Shown here one piece after another: positions 49,592-59,977 of a stretch of 64,000 nt of DNA; position 1 is the first letter of the stretch, and each line of letters opens with the position of its first letter. Location of the stretch: contig CBDDIV010000003.1 in the NCBI GenBank assembly GCA_965229205.1, positions 2,363,576 through 2,427,575 of the forward strand. Reading direction: 5' to 3'. The notes below the pieces were generated by a model. The model was not told where the DNA came from. It saw only the letters and a program-made list of their open reading frames with translations, and searched no databases. Origin of the DNA: Rhodoglobus sp. Its GTDB lineage: Bacteria; Actinomycetota; Actinomycetes; Actinomycetales; Microbacteriaceae. Position numbers and translations under genes: made by a program.

Positions 49592-52540
49592 TCACCCCGT
49601 GGTGGCTGACCCCAGCCGCGCCCCGTAGAACAGCCTCTCGAACACCTGGCGGGCCAACCGCGTCGTCCGCAGATAGTCCTCTTCGAACACCGTCGCCGAG
49701 CCCGGGGGGTACTCCACCAGACGTGCGACGCCTTCGAGCGCCATGCGGTCGGTCGGGAGTACGTCAGAAGTCTTGGCGGTCCACAGCGTCATGCCGGACC
49801 GGGCTCGGGAGGCGAGCATCCACGCATTGTGAAGACGCGCTGCGTCCGCGGTCGTCACGAGGCCCTCGCGCTCGGCGGCCGCCAGCGCGCCCAGAGTCGA
49901 CGTCGTGCGCAGACCCTCCACCTTCGCACCGTGCTCGAGCTGCAGCAGCTGCACGAACCACTCGACATCGCTGAGCGAACCACGGCCGAGCTTCAGGTGT
50001 CGAGCAGGATCGGCGGCCTGCGGCAGACGCTCCGCCTCCACCCGCGCCTTGATGCGCTTGATCTCGCGGATGTCCTGCTCGGCGATCGTCTCGGGGTAGC
50101 GCACATCGTTGACGAGCTCCTCCCACGCCGCCAGGACCGAGCGGTCCCCCACGACGATGCGGGCACGCAGCAGTGCCTGGGCCTCCCACGTGAGCGACCA
50201 GCGCTCGTAGTAGGCCCGGTAGCTCTCCAGTGAGCGCACGATCGCGCCGTTGCGACCCTCCGGGCGCAGCCCTAGGTCGAGGTCCAGCGGCACGCGCATG
50301 TCCTCGGTGAGGCGGCTGATCGTGCGCACGATCGCCTCGGCCCGCTGCTGCGCCTCCTCATCGGATGCCCCCGCCGCCCGATAGACGTACATCACGTCGG
50401 CATCCGAGCCGAAGCCCAGCTCCGCTCCCCCGTAGCGCCCCATAGCGATGATGCCGAACTCGATCCCGTCGCCGTAGCGGTGAGCGAGGGACAGAGCGCC
50501 GCTGAGGATCACGGTCGTGATGTCGGAAAGCCCCTTGCCGAGGTCCTCGATGGTGACGACGCCGAGAATCGCGCCGAGGGCCAGCCGCAGTATCTCGCGG
50601 CGGCGGGCGGTGCGCAGGGCGAGAGCCGCGGCATCCACGTCACCCTCGTGGCGGGCGACGGCGGCGACCGACTCCTCAAGCAGTACCGCGTACGGGCGCG
50701 GGCGCAGCTCGTCGTCGTTCTCGAGCCACGCGGCGGCCTCGGGGATGCGCTCGAAGATGGCACCCACGAACTTGGAGCCCGACAGCACCTGCGTCAGCCG
50801 CTGGGCGGCGGCGCTGGAGTCGCGCAGCATGCGCAGGAACCAGTACGCCTCGCCGAGGTCCTCACTGAGCCTGCGGAACGCGAGCAGTCCGTAGTCGGGG
50901 TCTGCGCCATCGGCGAACCACTGCAGCATCACGGGCAGGAGGTTGCGCTGGATCGTCGCCCTGCGCGACACGCCCCCCGTGAGCGCCGCGATGTGGCTGA
51001 GAGCACCACGCGGGTCGCGGAATCCGATGGCCGCCAGTCGCGCCTCTGCCTGTTCGCTCGACAGCGTCAGGCCGTCCTCCGGAAGGGCGGCGACCGCTGA
51101 CAGCAGCGGGCGGTAGAACAGACGCTCGTGCAAGCTGCGTACGGCCTGCTTGGTGCGCTGCCACTGCTCGACGAGGTCGTCGGCGTTGGCGGCGATTCCC
51201 GACGCCCGCGCGAGGATTCGCAGGGCATCCGGATCGGTGGGCATGAGGTGCGTGCGCCGCAGCCTGCTGAGCTGAAGACGATGCTCGAGCAGGCGCAGGA
51301 ACCGATAGTCACCGGAGAACTCTGCGGCCTCCACCCGACCGATGTAGCCGTGCTCGGCGAGGGCGATCAGTGCGGGCAGCGTGGCGATCTGGCGCACGTT
51401 GGGGTCGCTCTGTCCGTGCACCAGCTGCAGCAGCTGGATCGTGAACTCGACGTCGCGCAGGCCGCCGGGGCCGAGCTTGAGCTGCACGTCCAGCTCGTCG
51501 GCGGGGATATTGTCGGTGACCCGCTCGCGCATCCGCTGCACCGAGTCGACGAAGTTCTCCCGCGACGCGCTCGACCACACCTTCGGCGACACCGCCTCCA
51601 CGTACTGCCGACCGAGTTCGAGATCGCCGGCGAGCGGGCGGGCCTTGAGCAGCGCCTGGAACTCCCAGCTCTTGGCCCACCGCTCGTAGTACGCGACGTG
51701 CGACTCGAGGGTGCGCACGAGCGCCCCGTCCTTGCCCTCCGGTCGCAGGTTCGCGTCGACCTCCCATAGGCCGGGCTCGGTCGCCAGATCGTGGATGCCG
51801 CGCATCGTCTGCATCGCCAGTTGCGTTGCGATCGTCACGGCCCTGTCGTCTGCGAGAGTGGACTCACCGTCGAGCCCACCCGCCTCGCCCACGAAGATGA
51901 CGTCAACGTCTGACACGTAGTTGAGTTCGCGCGCTCCGGCCTTGCCCATTCCGATGATGGCCAGCCGGGTCGCGGCGACCTCCTCGGCGGGAAACTTCAC
52001 ATCGCGGCGCGCCACGGCGAGGGAGGCGTCGAGGGCGGCACCGGACAGATCGGCCAGAGCCGCGGCAACGATCGAGACGGCGGCGATCGGGTCGGCGTGC
52101 TCCAGGTCCCACGCAGCGAGCTGCACGAGGTGCCTGCGGTACCGCACTCGCAGGGCGACCCACGCGGCGTCCCCCTTCAGGCCGTCGACTGCCGCGACGA
52201 GGTCGGCTCCGTACTCGGTGGGGGGAGCCGCGATCGGCGTCGCCAATGCCTGCAACTCGCGCGGGTGGCGCGCGAGGAAGTCAGCCAGGCCCGAGGAGGC
52301 CCCGAGCACACGGATGAGGCGGGCCGCGGCATCCGGGTCGGCGATCAGGGCCGCAAGCTCGACCGGTGCGCTCTCGCGCAGCCCCAGAAGGTAGCGCAGC
52401 GCCTGATCTGGGTCTGCGGCCCGCGCGAAGTGCGCAACCAGCTCGGGCGCCCCGAGCAGGTCCAGGCGCCGCGACGTCTCGTCGAGCTCGGTGAAGCCGA
52501 GTCGAGCGAGTTCGGTCAGCGTCGTCGGTGGCCGGGACAT
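49592..52540 (-). CDS. glnE: Bifunctional glutamine synthetase adenylyltransferase/deadenylase
   Basis: Two nucleotidyltransferase domains (GKAGARELNYVSDVD; GRYGGAELGFGSDAD), LRPEG, and KLGxGGLRD motifs. Confidence 0.96.
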   Translation of the reverse strand: MSRPPTTLTELARLGFTELDETSRRLDLLGAPELVAHFARAADPDQALRYLLGLRESAPVELAALIADPDAAARLIRVLGASSGLADFLARHPRELQALATPIAAPPTEYGADLVAAVDGLKGDAAWVALRVRYRRHLVQLAAWDLEHADPIAAVSIVAAALADLSGAALDASLAVARRDVKFPAEEVAATRLAIIGMGKAGARELNYVSDVDVIFVGEAGGLDGESTLADDRAVTIATQLAMQTMRGIHDLATEPGLWEVDANLRPEGKDGALVRTLESHVAYYERWAKSWEFQALLKARPLAGDLELGRQYVEAVSPKVWSSASRENFVDSVQRMRERVTDNIPADELDVQLKLGPGGLRDVEFTIQLLQLVHGQSDPNVRQIATLPALIALAEHGYIGRVEAAEFSGDYRFLRLLEHRLQLSRLRRTHLMPTDPDALRILARASGIAANADDLVEQWQRTKQAVRSLHERLFYRPLLSAVAALPEDGLTLSSEQAEARLAAIGFRDPRGALSHIAALTGGVSRRATIQRNLLPVMLQWFADGADPDYGLLAFRRLSEDLGEAYWFLRMLRDSSAAAQRLTQVLSGSKFVGAIFERIPEAAAWLENDDELRPRPYAVLLEESVAAVARHEGDVDAAALALRTARRREILRLALGAILGVVTIEDLGKGLSDITTVILSGALSLAHRYGDGIEFGIIAMGRYGGAELGFGSDADVMYVYRAAGASDEEAQQRAEAIVRTISRLTEDMRVPLDLDLGLRPEGRNGAIVRSLESYRAYYERWSLTWEAQALLRARIVVGDRSVLAAWEELVNDVRYPETIAEQDIREIKRIKARVEAERLPQAADPARHLKLGRGSLSDVEWFVQLLQLEHGAKVEGLRTTSTLGALAAAEREGLVTTADAARLHNAWMLASRARSGMTLWTAKTSDVLPTDRMALEGVARLVEYPPGSATVFEEDYLRTTRLARQVFERLFYGARLGSATTG

Positions 52541-52558
52541 GGCGGGTGAATCCACGAG

Positions 52559-53896
52559 CTAGAGAATCTCGAGGTTGCTCTCCAGCTCGTACGGGGTGAC
52601 CTGCGCACGGTACTGGCTCCACTCGCGGCGCTTGTTGAGCAGCACGTAGCTGAAGACCTGCTCCCCCAGCGTCTCAGCGACGAGCTCGGAGTCCTCCATG
52701 AGCGACACTGCGTGGTCAAGACTCGCGGGAAGCTGGTTGTACCCCAGCGCGCGACGCTCGGCGTCGGAGAGCTCCCAGACGTTGTCCTCGGCCTCGGGAG
52801 GCAGCTCGTAGCCCTCCTCGATGCCCTTGAGGCCGGCCGCGAGCAGAAGCGAGAACGTCAGGTAGGGGTTGGCCGCGGAGTCGATCGCTCGGTACTCAAC
52901 GCGCGCACTCTGACCCTTGTTGGGCTTGTACAGCGGTACACGCACGAGGGCAGACCGGTTGTTGTGGCCCCAGGTCACGAAGCTCGGTGCCTCGTCACCT
53001 CCCCAGAGACGCTTGTAGGAGTTGACGAACTGGTTGGTGACGGCCGTGATCTCGGGCGCGTGACGCAGCAGGCCCGCGACGAACTGCCGGCCGATCTTCG
53101 ACAGCTGGTAGTGGCCAGCTGCGTCGTAGAACGCGTTCGAGTCGCCCTCGAACAACGACAGGTGGGTGTGCATGCCCGATCCCGGATGCCCGGACAGCGG
53201 CTTCGGCATGAACGTCGCGTACACGCCCTGCTCGATGGCCACCTCCTTGATCACCGTGCGGAAGGTCATGATGTTGTCGGCGGTCGTGAGTGCGTCCGCA
53301 TAGCGAAGGTCGATCTCGTTCTGGCCCGGACCCGACTCGTGGTGGCTGAACTCCACCGAGATGCCGAGATCCTCGAGCATGCGCACCGACCGGCGACGGA
53401 AGTCGTGGGCCGTACCACCGGGCACGTTGTCGAAGAATCCGGCCGAATCCACCGGCTCCGGCTTGCCGTCGACAAGCCGGGATGACTTCAGAAGGTAGAA
53501 CTCGATCTCGGGATGTGTGTAGAACGAGAACCCACGGTCCGCGGCCTTGGCAAGCGCACGCTTGAGCACGTAGCGGGGATCGGCGATCGCGGGCTGGCCG
53601 TCGGGCGTGGTGATGTCGCAGAACATCCGGGCGGTCGGATCGACCTCACCGCGCCACGGGAGGATCTGGAATGTCGCGGGGTCGGGGTGGGCGAGCATGT
53701 CCGCCTCGTAGGCCCGGGTGAACCCCTCGATGGCCGAGCCATCGAAGCCGAGACCCTCCGCGAAAGCGCCCTCAACCTCGGCCGGCGTGATCGCGACCAT
53801 CTTCAGTGCGCCCACCACATCGGTGAACCACAGGCGGATGAACTTGACCCCTCGCTCTTCGATCGTCCGAAGAACGAAGTCACGCTGCTTGTCCAT
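52559..53896 (-). CDS. glnA2: Glutamine synthetase-family protein (GlnA2 type)
   Basis: MDKQRDFVLRTIEER, FDGSAIEG, HHESGPGQNE, GSGMHTH and NRSALVRVP motifs. Confidence 0.92.
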   Translation of the reverse strand: MDKQRDFVLRTIEERGVKFIRLWFTDVVGALKMVAITPAEVEGAFAEGLGFDGSAIEGFTRAYEADMLAHPDPATFQILPWRGEVDPTARMFCDITTPDGQPAIADPRYVLKRALAKAADRGFSFYTHPEIEFYLLKSSRLVDGKPEPVDSAGFFDNVPGGTAHDFRRRSVRMLEDLGISVEFSHHESGPGQNEIDLRYADALTTADNIMTFRTVIKEVAIEQGVYATFMPKPLSGHPGSGMHTHLSLFEGDSNAFYDAAGHYQLSKIGRQFVAGLLRHAPEITAVTNQFVNSYKRLWGGDEAPSFVTWGHNNRSALVRVPLYKPNKGQSARVEYRAIDSAANPYLTFSLLLAAGLKGIEEGYELPPEAEDNVWELSDAERRALGYNQLPASLDHAVSLMEDSELVAETLGEQVFSYVLLNKRREWSQYRAQVTPYELESNLEIL

Positions 53897-53999
53897 CAAG
53901 CTCCTCACGAATCACGCCTGTCGCCACGCCGAAGGGCGCCTCGGGCACCGGTCTAAGGCTACTGGTTTGCGCCTTCGGACACGTCACTAGACTCGATCC

Positions 54000-54815
54000 A
54001 TGGCAGAGCAGGCAGTCAAGCGCGTTCGCACCAGGCACTTCCAGAGTGCCAAGGAGAACGGCATCAAGATCACCGGTCTCACCAGCTATGACCAGTTGAC
54101 GGCCGGAATCTTCGACGAAGCCGGGATCGACTTCCTGCTCGTCGGCGACTCGGCCGGAAACAACGTGTACGGCTACGACACGACCCTGCCGGTGTCGATC
54201 GACGACCTGATCCCCCTGGCCCGGGCGGTCGCCGGGGCAGTGCAGCGCGCATTCGTCGTGGCGGACATGCCCTTCGGCTCCTATGAGACGGGTCCGGATG
54301 AGGCGCTGCACACGGCATTCCGCTTCATGAAGGAGACCGGTTCCCACGCCGTGAAGCTCGAGGGCGGGGTGCGCAGTGCCGAGCAGATCCGCCGGATCGT
54401 GAGCGCGGGCATCCCGGTGATGGCCCACATCGGCTTCACCCCGCAGAGCGAGCACGGACTCGGCGGTCACGTCATCCAGGGGCGGGGCGATCAGGTGAAG
54501 CAGCTTCTCGCCGACGCCCACGCCGTCGAGGATGCCGGCGCATTCGCCGTCGTACTCGAGATGGTGCCGAGCGAAGCCGCGGCACGGGTCACCCAGGAGT
54601 TGCGGATCCCCACGATCGGTGTCGGCGCAGGGCCCCACGTCGACGGCCAGCTGTTGGTGTGGACCGACTGGGCGGGCTTCACGAAGGGTCGCATCCCGAA
54701 GTTCGTGAAGCAGTACGCGAACTTGCGCAAGAACCTCACGGATGCCGTCACCGCCTATCGCGCTGACGTCGAGGGCGGCAGCTACCCTGGCCCCGAGCAC
54801 TCCTACGACGACTGA
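54000..54815 (+). CDS. panB: 3-methyl-2-oxobutanoate hydroxymethyltransferase
   Basis: [34 protein letters not shown]-like TIGVGAG and DGQLLV motifs. Confidence 0.96.
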   Translation: MAEQAVKRVRTRHFQSAKENGIKITGLTSYDQLTAGIFDEAGIDFLLVGDSAGNNVYGYDTTLPVSIDDLIPLARAVAGAVQRAFVVADMPFGSYETGPDEALHTAFRFMKETGSHAVKLEGGVRSAEQIRRIVSAGIPVMAHIGFTPQSEHGLGGHVIQGRGDQVKQLLADAHAVEDAGAFAVVLEMVPSEAAARVTQELRIPTIGVGAGPHVDGQLLVWTDWAGFTKGRIPKFVKQYANLRKNLTDAVTAYRADVEGGSYPGPEHSYDD

Positions 54816-54828
54816 CGCGACGACACAC

Positions 54829-55668
54829 ATGACGCGCGGCCAGGTTCGCATCGGCATGGCCGGGTGGGTCTACCCGGACTGGCGCGGCGGCTTCTACCCC
54901 ACAGGGCTGACGCAGAAGAACGAGCTCGCGTACGCCTCGAGCCAGGTGACATCCATCGAGCTCAACGGCTCGTTCTACTCCTTGCAGAAGCCGTCGAGTT
55001 GGAAGAGCTGGCGCGACGCGACCCCCGACGACTTCGTGTTCTCCGTGAAGGCACCGAGGTTCATCACGCACATCAGGCGCCTCGACGACGTGCACGAGCC
55101 GCTCGCGAACTTCTTCGCGTCGGGCATCCTCGCGCTCGGTCCGAAGCTCGGGGCGATCCTCTGGCAACTGCCGCCGAGCCTGGAGTTCGAGCCCTACCTG
55201 CTGGAACGGTTCCTCGAACAACTGCCGCACTCGACCACCGACGCTCTCGCGCTTGCGCAGCAGCGTGGCGCCCGGATGACCGGCAAGGAGCATCTCGAGA
55301 TCGATGCCGACCGTCCCGTGCGTCACGCCCTCGAGGTGCGCCACTCAACTTTCGCGGCGAGCGACTTCGTCGAGCTACTCGCGAAGTACCGTATCGCGGC
55401 CGTGTACGGCGACTCCGCGGGCAAGTGGCCGGTGATCGACGAGCCGACGACCGACTTCCGCTACGCGCGCCTGCACGCCGACAAGGCCCTGTACCCCGAT
55501 GGCTGGTACGAACCAAGCGAGATCGACCGCTGGGCGCAGACGATCGACGGTTGGCTCGAAGCCGGCCAGGACGCCTACGTGTACTTCGACAACGACAGCA
55601 AGGTGCGCGCGCCGATCGACGCGATGAGCCTCATCGCGCGGATGGGCTCAGCTACTCGACCGGCCTAG
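54829..55668 (+). CDS. DUF72-family protein
   Basis: GWVYPDWRG, IELNGSFY, KAPRFITH, LWQLPP, YARLHA and YVYFDND motifs. Confidence 0.9.
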   Translation: MTRGQVRIGMAGWVYPDWRGGFYPTGLTQKNELAYASSQVTSIELNGSFYSLQKPSSWKSWRDATPDDFVFSVKAPRFITHIRRLDDVHEPLANFFASGILALGPKLGAILWQLPPSLEFEPYLLERFLEQLPHSTTDALALAQQRGARMTGKEHLEIDADRPVRHALEVRHSTFAASDFVELLAKYRIAAVYGDSAGKWPVIDEPTTDFRYARLHADKALYPDGWYEPSEIDRWAQTIDGWLEAGQDAYVYFDNDSKVRAPIDAMSLIARMGSATRPA

Positions 55669-55832
55669 TCGTCAGCGTCTTCCGCGGCCCACTTGCGGGC
55701 GCGCTCCGCGATGATCTCGGGTGCTCGCGCAGCCTCTTCGCGCGTGGCGAACGGCCCGTCGCGATCGGAGGACAGCGACTGGGCTCCCTCTTCGACCTCG
55801 CCGGTCTTGTGGTTGTACCACCAGTCGGTCAT
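55665..55832 (-). CDS. Small 55-aa protein
   Basis: [67 protein letters not shown]3-rich codons. Below the ORF-track cutoff. Confidence 0.8.
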   Translation of the reverse strand: MTDWWYNHKTGEVEEGAQSLSSDRDGPFATREEAARAPEIIAERARKWAAEDADD

Positions 55833-55866
55833 CCAGTGCCTCCCTCACGAAACTAGACTCAACACT

Positions 55867-56751
55867 ATGCCTCGGGACGCACAGGGACACCTCCTTCCCG
55901 GAGTGATTTCACCGAGACGCCCTGTGCACGCCTCCATTCCCCGCCCGGAGTACGTCGATCGCCGCGAACCGGCCCGATACACCGGCACCAACATCTACAC
56001 CCCCGACGAGATCGAGCGCATCCGCAACTCGGGACGCATCGCCGCGCAGGCGGTCGAGGCCGTCGGCGCCGCCATCGCACCCGGCGTGACCACCGAGCAA
56101 CTGGATGCGATCGCGCACGACTTCCTGATCGCCCACGACGCGTATCCGTCGACTCTGGGGTATCGGGGCTTCCCGAAGTCCAGCTGCACGAGCATCAACG
56201 AGGTCGTCTGTCATGGGATACCCGACGACACCGTTCTGGTCGACGGCGACATCGTCAACATCGACATCACCGCCTACGTGGACGGAATGCACGGCGATCT
56301 CAACAAGACCTTCACCGTGGGCACCGTGACCCCCGAGGTCGCAGCACTGGTCGAGGGAACCCGCGAGGCCCTCAACCGTGGCATCAAGGCGGTCGCCCCC
56401 GGACGTGAGGTCAACGTGATCGGTCGCGCGATCGAGTCCTATGCTCGCCGGTTCGGCTACGGGGTCGTGCGCGACTTCACCGGACACGGCGTCGGCTCTG
56501 CCTTCCACACCGGGCTGATCATCCCCCACTACGACTCTGCTCCCGCCTTCACCGACGTCATGGCGGTCGGGATGGTGTTCACCATCGAGCCGATGTTGAC
56601 ACTCGGCACCCCCGAGTCACCCGGCACGATCGCCTGGGATCAGTGGCCCGACGACTGGACCGTCACCACGCGCGACAAGTCGGTCACCGCACAGTTCGAG
56701 CACACGCTCGTCGTGACCGAGCGCGGCGCCGACATCCTCACCCTCCCCTAA
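55867..56751 (+). CDS. map: Methionine aminopeptidase type I
   Basis: [34 protein letters not shown] and AQFEHT motifs. Confidence 0.96.
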   Translation: MPRDAQGHLLPGVISPRRPVHASIPRPEYVDRREPARYTGTNIYTPDEIERIRNSGRIAAQAVEAVGAAIAPGVTTEQLDAIAHDFLIAHDAYPSTLGYRGFPKSSCTSINEVVCHGIPDDTVLVDGDIVNIDITAYVDGMHGDLNKTFTVGTVTPEVAALVEGTREALNRGIKAVAPGREVNVIGRAIESYARRFGYGVVRDFTGHGVGSAFHTGLIIPHYDSAPAFTDVMAVGMVFTIEPMLTLGTPESPGTIAWDQWPDDWTVTTRDKSVTAQFEHTLVVTERGADILTLP

Positions 56752-56765
56752 GGAAGAATCAGCAC

Positions 56766-57527
56766 ATGGCGAAGGCGCTCGGAATCGACATCGGTGGCAC
56801 GGGAATCAAGGGTGCCCTCGTGGACACCGATACCGGCGAGCTGCTCAGCGACAGAATCAAGCTCCCGACTCCTTCCGGCGGGCTGCCCGAGGACATCATC
56901 ACGACAGTTGTCGAGTTGATTGACAAGCTGGGCGGCGCGGACAAGAGCGTGCCTGTCGGCGTCTGCTTCCCCGCGATCATCAAGAATGGCCGCACCATGT
57001 CGGCGGCGAACGTGTCCAAGAAGTGGATCGGGCTCGAGGCGGAAAAGCTGTTCGAGAAGGCCCTCGGTCGCGACATCCACTTCGTCAACGATGCGGATGC
57101 CGCGGGCTACGCCGAGACGCGCTACGGCGCGGCCAAGGGCGTTGACGGCCTCGTCATCCTCACGACCCTCGGCACGGGGATCGGAAGTGCGCTGATCTAC
57201 AACGGGGTGCTCATCCCCAATGCCGAGCTGGGTCACATCGAGATCAACGGGCGGGACGCTGAAAGTCGTGCCGCCTACTCCGCGAAGGAACGCAGCCGGC
57301 TCAGCTGGAAGCGCTGGGCCGCTCGGCTGCAGCTGTACTACAGCCGGCTGGAGGCCCTGTTCACGCCCGACCTGTTCATCGTCGGGGGCGGTGTCTCCAA
57401 GAGCTACGAGGAGTTCCTTCCCCTGCTCTCGCTGAACACGCCGATTGTGCCCGCGGTGCATCGCAACAACGCAGGCATTCTGGGGGCGGCGGCGCTGGCA
57501 GCGCCAGCGACACCGCCCACCATGTAG
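56766..57527 (+). CDS. ppgK: Polyphosphate glucokinase (ROK family)
   Basis: GIDIGGTGIKG, NDADAAG, LGTGIGSA, NAELGH and NNAGILGAA motifs. Confidence 0.94.
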   Translation: MAKALGIDIGGTGIKGALVDTDTGELLSDRIKLPTPSGGLPEDIITTVVELIDKLGGADKSVPVGVCFPAIIKNGRTMSAANVSKKWIGLEAEKLFEKALGRDIHFVNDADAAGYAETRYGAAKGVDGLVILTTLGTGIGSALIYNGVLIPNAELGHIEINGRDAESRAAYSAKERSRLSWKRWAARLQLYYSRLEALFTPDLFIVGGGVSKSYEEFLPLLSLNTPIVPAVHRNNAGILGAAALAAPATPPTM

Positions 57528-57530
57528 CGG

Positions 57531-57932
57531 TTACTGCTTGGTGAGGGTCAGCGTCCACGAGGCGTCGCCCTGCACGCCATCGAGGTCGATGGTGCTCGAC
57601 CCATCGGTGTACGGACCCGTCATGGTCGCCGTGCCATCCGAGAACGCGATCGTGATCGCGAGCTGACCCCCGGCCAGCACCCAGGTGTCGGTCGCGTCAT
57701 CGAACGCGTTGCCGTCGTAGGTGAATCCGACCGTGTTGTCGGACTGGAATTCGATCAACCAGGTGTCGCCGTCGGAGTCAGTACCCGACCAGGATGTGCC
57801 GACGAGAGAGCTGTCGGTGGTGGTCGTCGTGCCACCACCGCCCGTGATGGACGGGAGGCCGAAGCATCCACTGAGGCTCACAATCAGAGTCAGGATGACG
57901 GCGGCGATGGCTGCGGGGCGAATGGTTTTCAT
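57531..57932 (-). CDS. Hypothetical lipoprotein
   Basis: Signal peptide with lipobox LSG-C23, a Gly/Thr linker and a beta-strand-rich acidic mature domain. Confidence 0.8.
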   Translation of the reverse strand: MKTIRPAAIAAVILTLIVSLSGCFGLPSITGGGGTTTTTDSSLVGTSWSGTDSDGDTWLIEFQSDNTVGFTYDGNAFDDATDTWVLAGGQLAITIAFSDGTATMTGPYTDGSSTIDLDGVQGDASWTLTLTKQ

Positions 57933-58013
57933 ATGGGCACAGTAACGAGGGCCGGGATGCCCCGCAATGCCGAAACACCACCGTAGGCGAGCCGCATGGA
58001 TCGAAGCCAGGAG

Positions 58014-58031
58014 CGTTGAGATTCCGTTAGG
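58014..58031 (+). promoter_or_regulatory. Candidate KdpE binding site (11-bp-phased direct repeat)
   Basis: CGTTGAG-attc-CGTTAGG upstream of the kdp operon. OmpR-type spacing. Confidence 0.4.
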
Positions 58032-58108
58032 ACTGCCCATGCGAGGCGTGGGCGGGTATTGACTCGGAGTCGACGGCAGCCGGTGCCGTGGTTTCGGAGG
58101 AGATTGAC

Positions 58109-58192
58109 GTGCTCGACGTGGTTTTCATTGTCGGCATTCTGGCGCTCGTCGCGCTGGTTGCCCTGATCGGCAAGGCGGTGGAGCGCCTGTGA
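58109..58192 (+). CDS. 27-aa single-TM peptide leading the kdp operon
   Basis: [36 protein letters not shown], and a GTGA overlap into kdpF. Confidence 0.75.
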   Translation: MLDVVFIVGILALVALVALIGKAVERL

Positions 58193-58278
58193 TCGTCTTT
58201 GAGGTCATCGCAGCGCTGCTGGGACTCGCTGCGATCGGCTACCTGGTCGTCGCTCTCGTGAAGCCGGAGCGTTTCTGA
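58189..58278 (+). CDS. kdpF: K+-transporting ATPase subunit F
   Basis: [29 protein letters not shown] with the YL..AL..PERF signature. TGATG overlap with kdpA. Confidence 0.9.
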   Translation: MIVFEVIAALLGLAAIGYLVVALVKPERF

Positions 58279-59969
58279 TGGATGCCGCAACAGCAGCTCC
58301 CACCATCTGGTTGTTCCTCGCCCAGCTCGGCACCGTGGTGCTGGTGCTCGCACTGCTCTACCGCCCCCTCGGGGACTACATCGCTGCGACCTATACGAGC
58401 ACCCGTGACCTGCGGGCGGAGAAGGGCTTCTACCGACTGATCGGTGCCGACTCGGCCTCCCAGCAGAGTTGGCCGGCATACCTTCGGTCGGTGCTTGCGT
58501 TCTCCGCCGTCGGCGTGCTCGCGGTCTATGCGCTGCAACGACTCCAGGCGGTGCTTCCCTACTCGCTGGGACTGCCGCCGACCAGCGAGCCCCTCGCCTT
58601 CAATACGGCCATCTCATTCGTCACGAACACGAACTGGCAGAGCTACTCTCCCGAGTTGACTCTCGGCTACACCGTGCAGCTGGTCGGCTTGGCCGTGCAG
58701 AACTTCCTGTCGGCGGCGGTCGGGATCGCTGTGGCGGTCGCCCTCATCCGTGGCTTCGCGTATCGCTCCTCGGGCACCATCGGCAACTTCTGGGTGGACC
58801 TCACCCGGGGCACGCTACGCATCTTGCTCCCGCTGTCGATCGTGGGCGCGGTCGTGCTGCTCGCCGGGGGCGTCATCCAGAACTTCGCGGGATTCCAGGA
58901 GGTCACCACGCTCACCGGCGGCACCGCGGTGGTTCCGGGCGGGCCGGTTGCCTCACAGGAGGCGATCAAGCTTCTCGGCACCAACGGTGGCGGATTCTTC
59001 AACGCCAACTCGGCGCATCCGTTCGAGAACCCCACGCCCTGGACGAGCATCATCGAGGTGCTGATGTTCTTGGTCATCCCCTTCGCCATGCCTCGCGCGT
59101 TCGGCCGCATGGTCGGCGACAACCGACAGGGCGTCGCCATCGTGGGAACGATGGCCGTGCTGTTCGTCGTGTCGCTGTCGCTCATGACCTGGGCCGAGCT
59201 TGCTGGCTCGGGCACGGCACCGCAGCTGGCGGGCGGCGCGATGGAGGGCAAGGAGACGCGGTTCGGGATTCTCGGCTCGACTCTGTATGCGACGTCCACG
59301 ACCCTGACGTCGACCGGATCGGTCAACTCGATGCACGACAGCTACACGAGTCTTGGTGGTGGCGTCGCGCTCGTGAACATGATGCTCGGCGAGGTGGCAC
59401 CCGGCGGTGTGGGGGCGGGTCTCTACGGAATTCTCGTGGTCGCGATCATCGCCGTCTTCATCGCCGGGCTCATGGTCGGCCGCACTCCGGAGTACCTCGG
59501 CAAGCGGCTGGGCGCTCGGGAGATCAAGCTGGCGAGCCTGTACATCCTGACGACGCCGACCCTCGTGCTCGTGGGCACAGCCCTCAGCTTTGCGATTCCT
59601 GCCGTGCGGCAGGACGTCGAGGGCACCTCGATCTGGAATCCCGGACTGCACGGCTTCAGCGAGGTGCTGTACGCCTTCACCTCGGCCGCCAACAACAACG
59701 GTTCGGCCTTCGCGGGTCTCACCGCCAACACCCCGTGGTTCAACACAGCGCTGGGTGTGGCGATGTTCCTCGGCCGGTTCCTGCCGATCGTCTTCGTGCT
59801 CGCGCTGGCCGGTTCGCTGGCCGCTCAGGACAAGATCCCCGTGACCCCCGGCACCCTGCCCACCTATCGACCCCAGTTCGTCGGCCTGCTCATCGGCACC
59901 GTCCTGCTGGTGTCGGCTCTCACCTACTTCCCCGTTCTCGCGCTGGGTCCCCTGGCGGAAGGTCTGTAA
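58278..59969 (+). CDS. kdpA: K+-transporting ATPase subunit A
   Basis: Filter loops TNTNWQ, GTNGGG, STGSVN and NNNGSAF, plus GRTPEYLGK. Confidence 0.97.
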   Translation: MDAATAAPTIWLFLAQLGTVVLVLALLYRPLGDYIAATYTSTRDLRAEKGFYRLIGADSASQQSWPAYLRSVLAFSAVGVLAVYALQRLQAVLPYSLGLPPTSEPLAFNTAISFVTNTNWQSYSPELTLGYTVQLVGLAVQNFLSAAVGIAVAVALIRGFAYRSSGTIGNFWVDLTRGTLRILLPLSIVGAVVLLAGGVIQNFAGFQEVTTLTGGTAVVPGGPVASQEAIKLLGTNGGGFFNANSAHPFENPTPWTSIIEVLMFLVIPFAMPRAFGRMVGDNRQGVAIVGTMAVLFVVSLSLMTWAELAGSGTAPQLAGGAMEGKETRFGILGSTLYATSTTLTSTGSVNSMHDSYTSLGGGVALVNMMLGEVAPGGVGAGLYGILVVAIIAVFIAGLMVGRTPEYLGKRLGAREIKLASLYILTTPTLVLVGTALSFAIPAVRQDVEGTSIWNPGLHGFSEVLYAFTSAANNNGSAFAGLTANTPWFNTALGVAMFLGRFLPIVFVLALAGSLAAQDKIPVTPGTLPTYRPQFVGLLIGTVLLVSALTYFPVLALGPLAEGL

Positions 59970-59977
59970 CGACAACC

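Noticed and set aside
57933-58108. c-di-AMP (ydaO) riboswitch upstream of kdp
   Set aside because: I could not find the conserved riboswitch sequence blocks by eye. An Rfam scan would be decisive.
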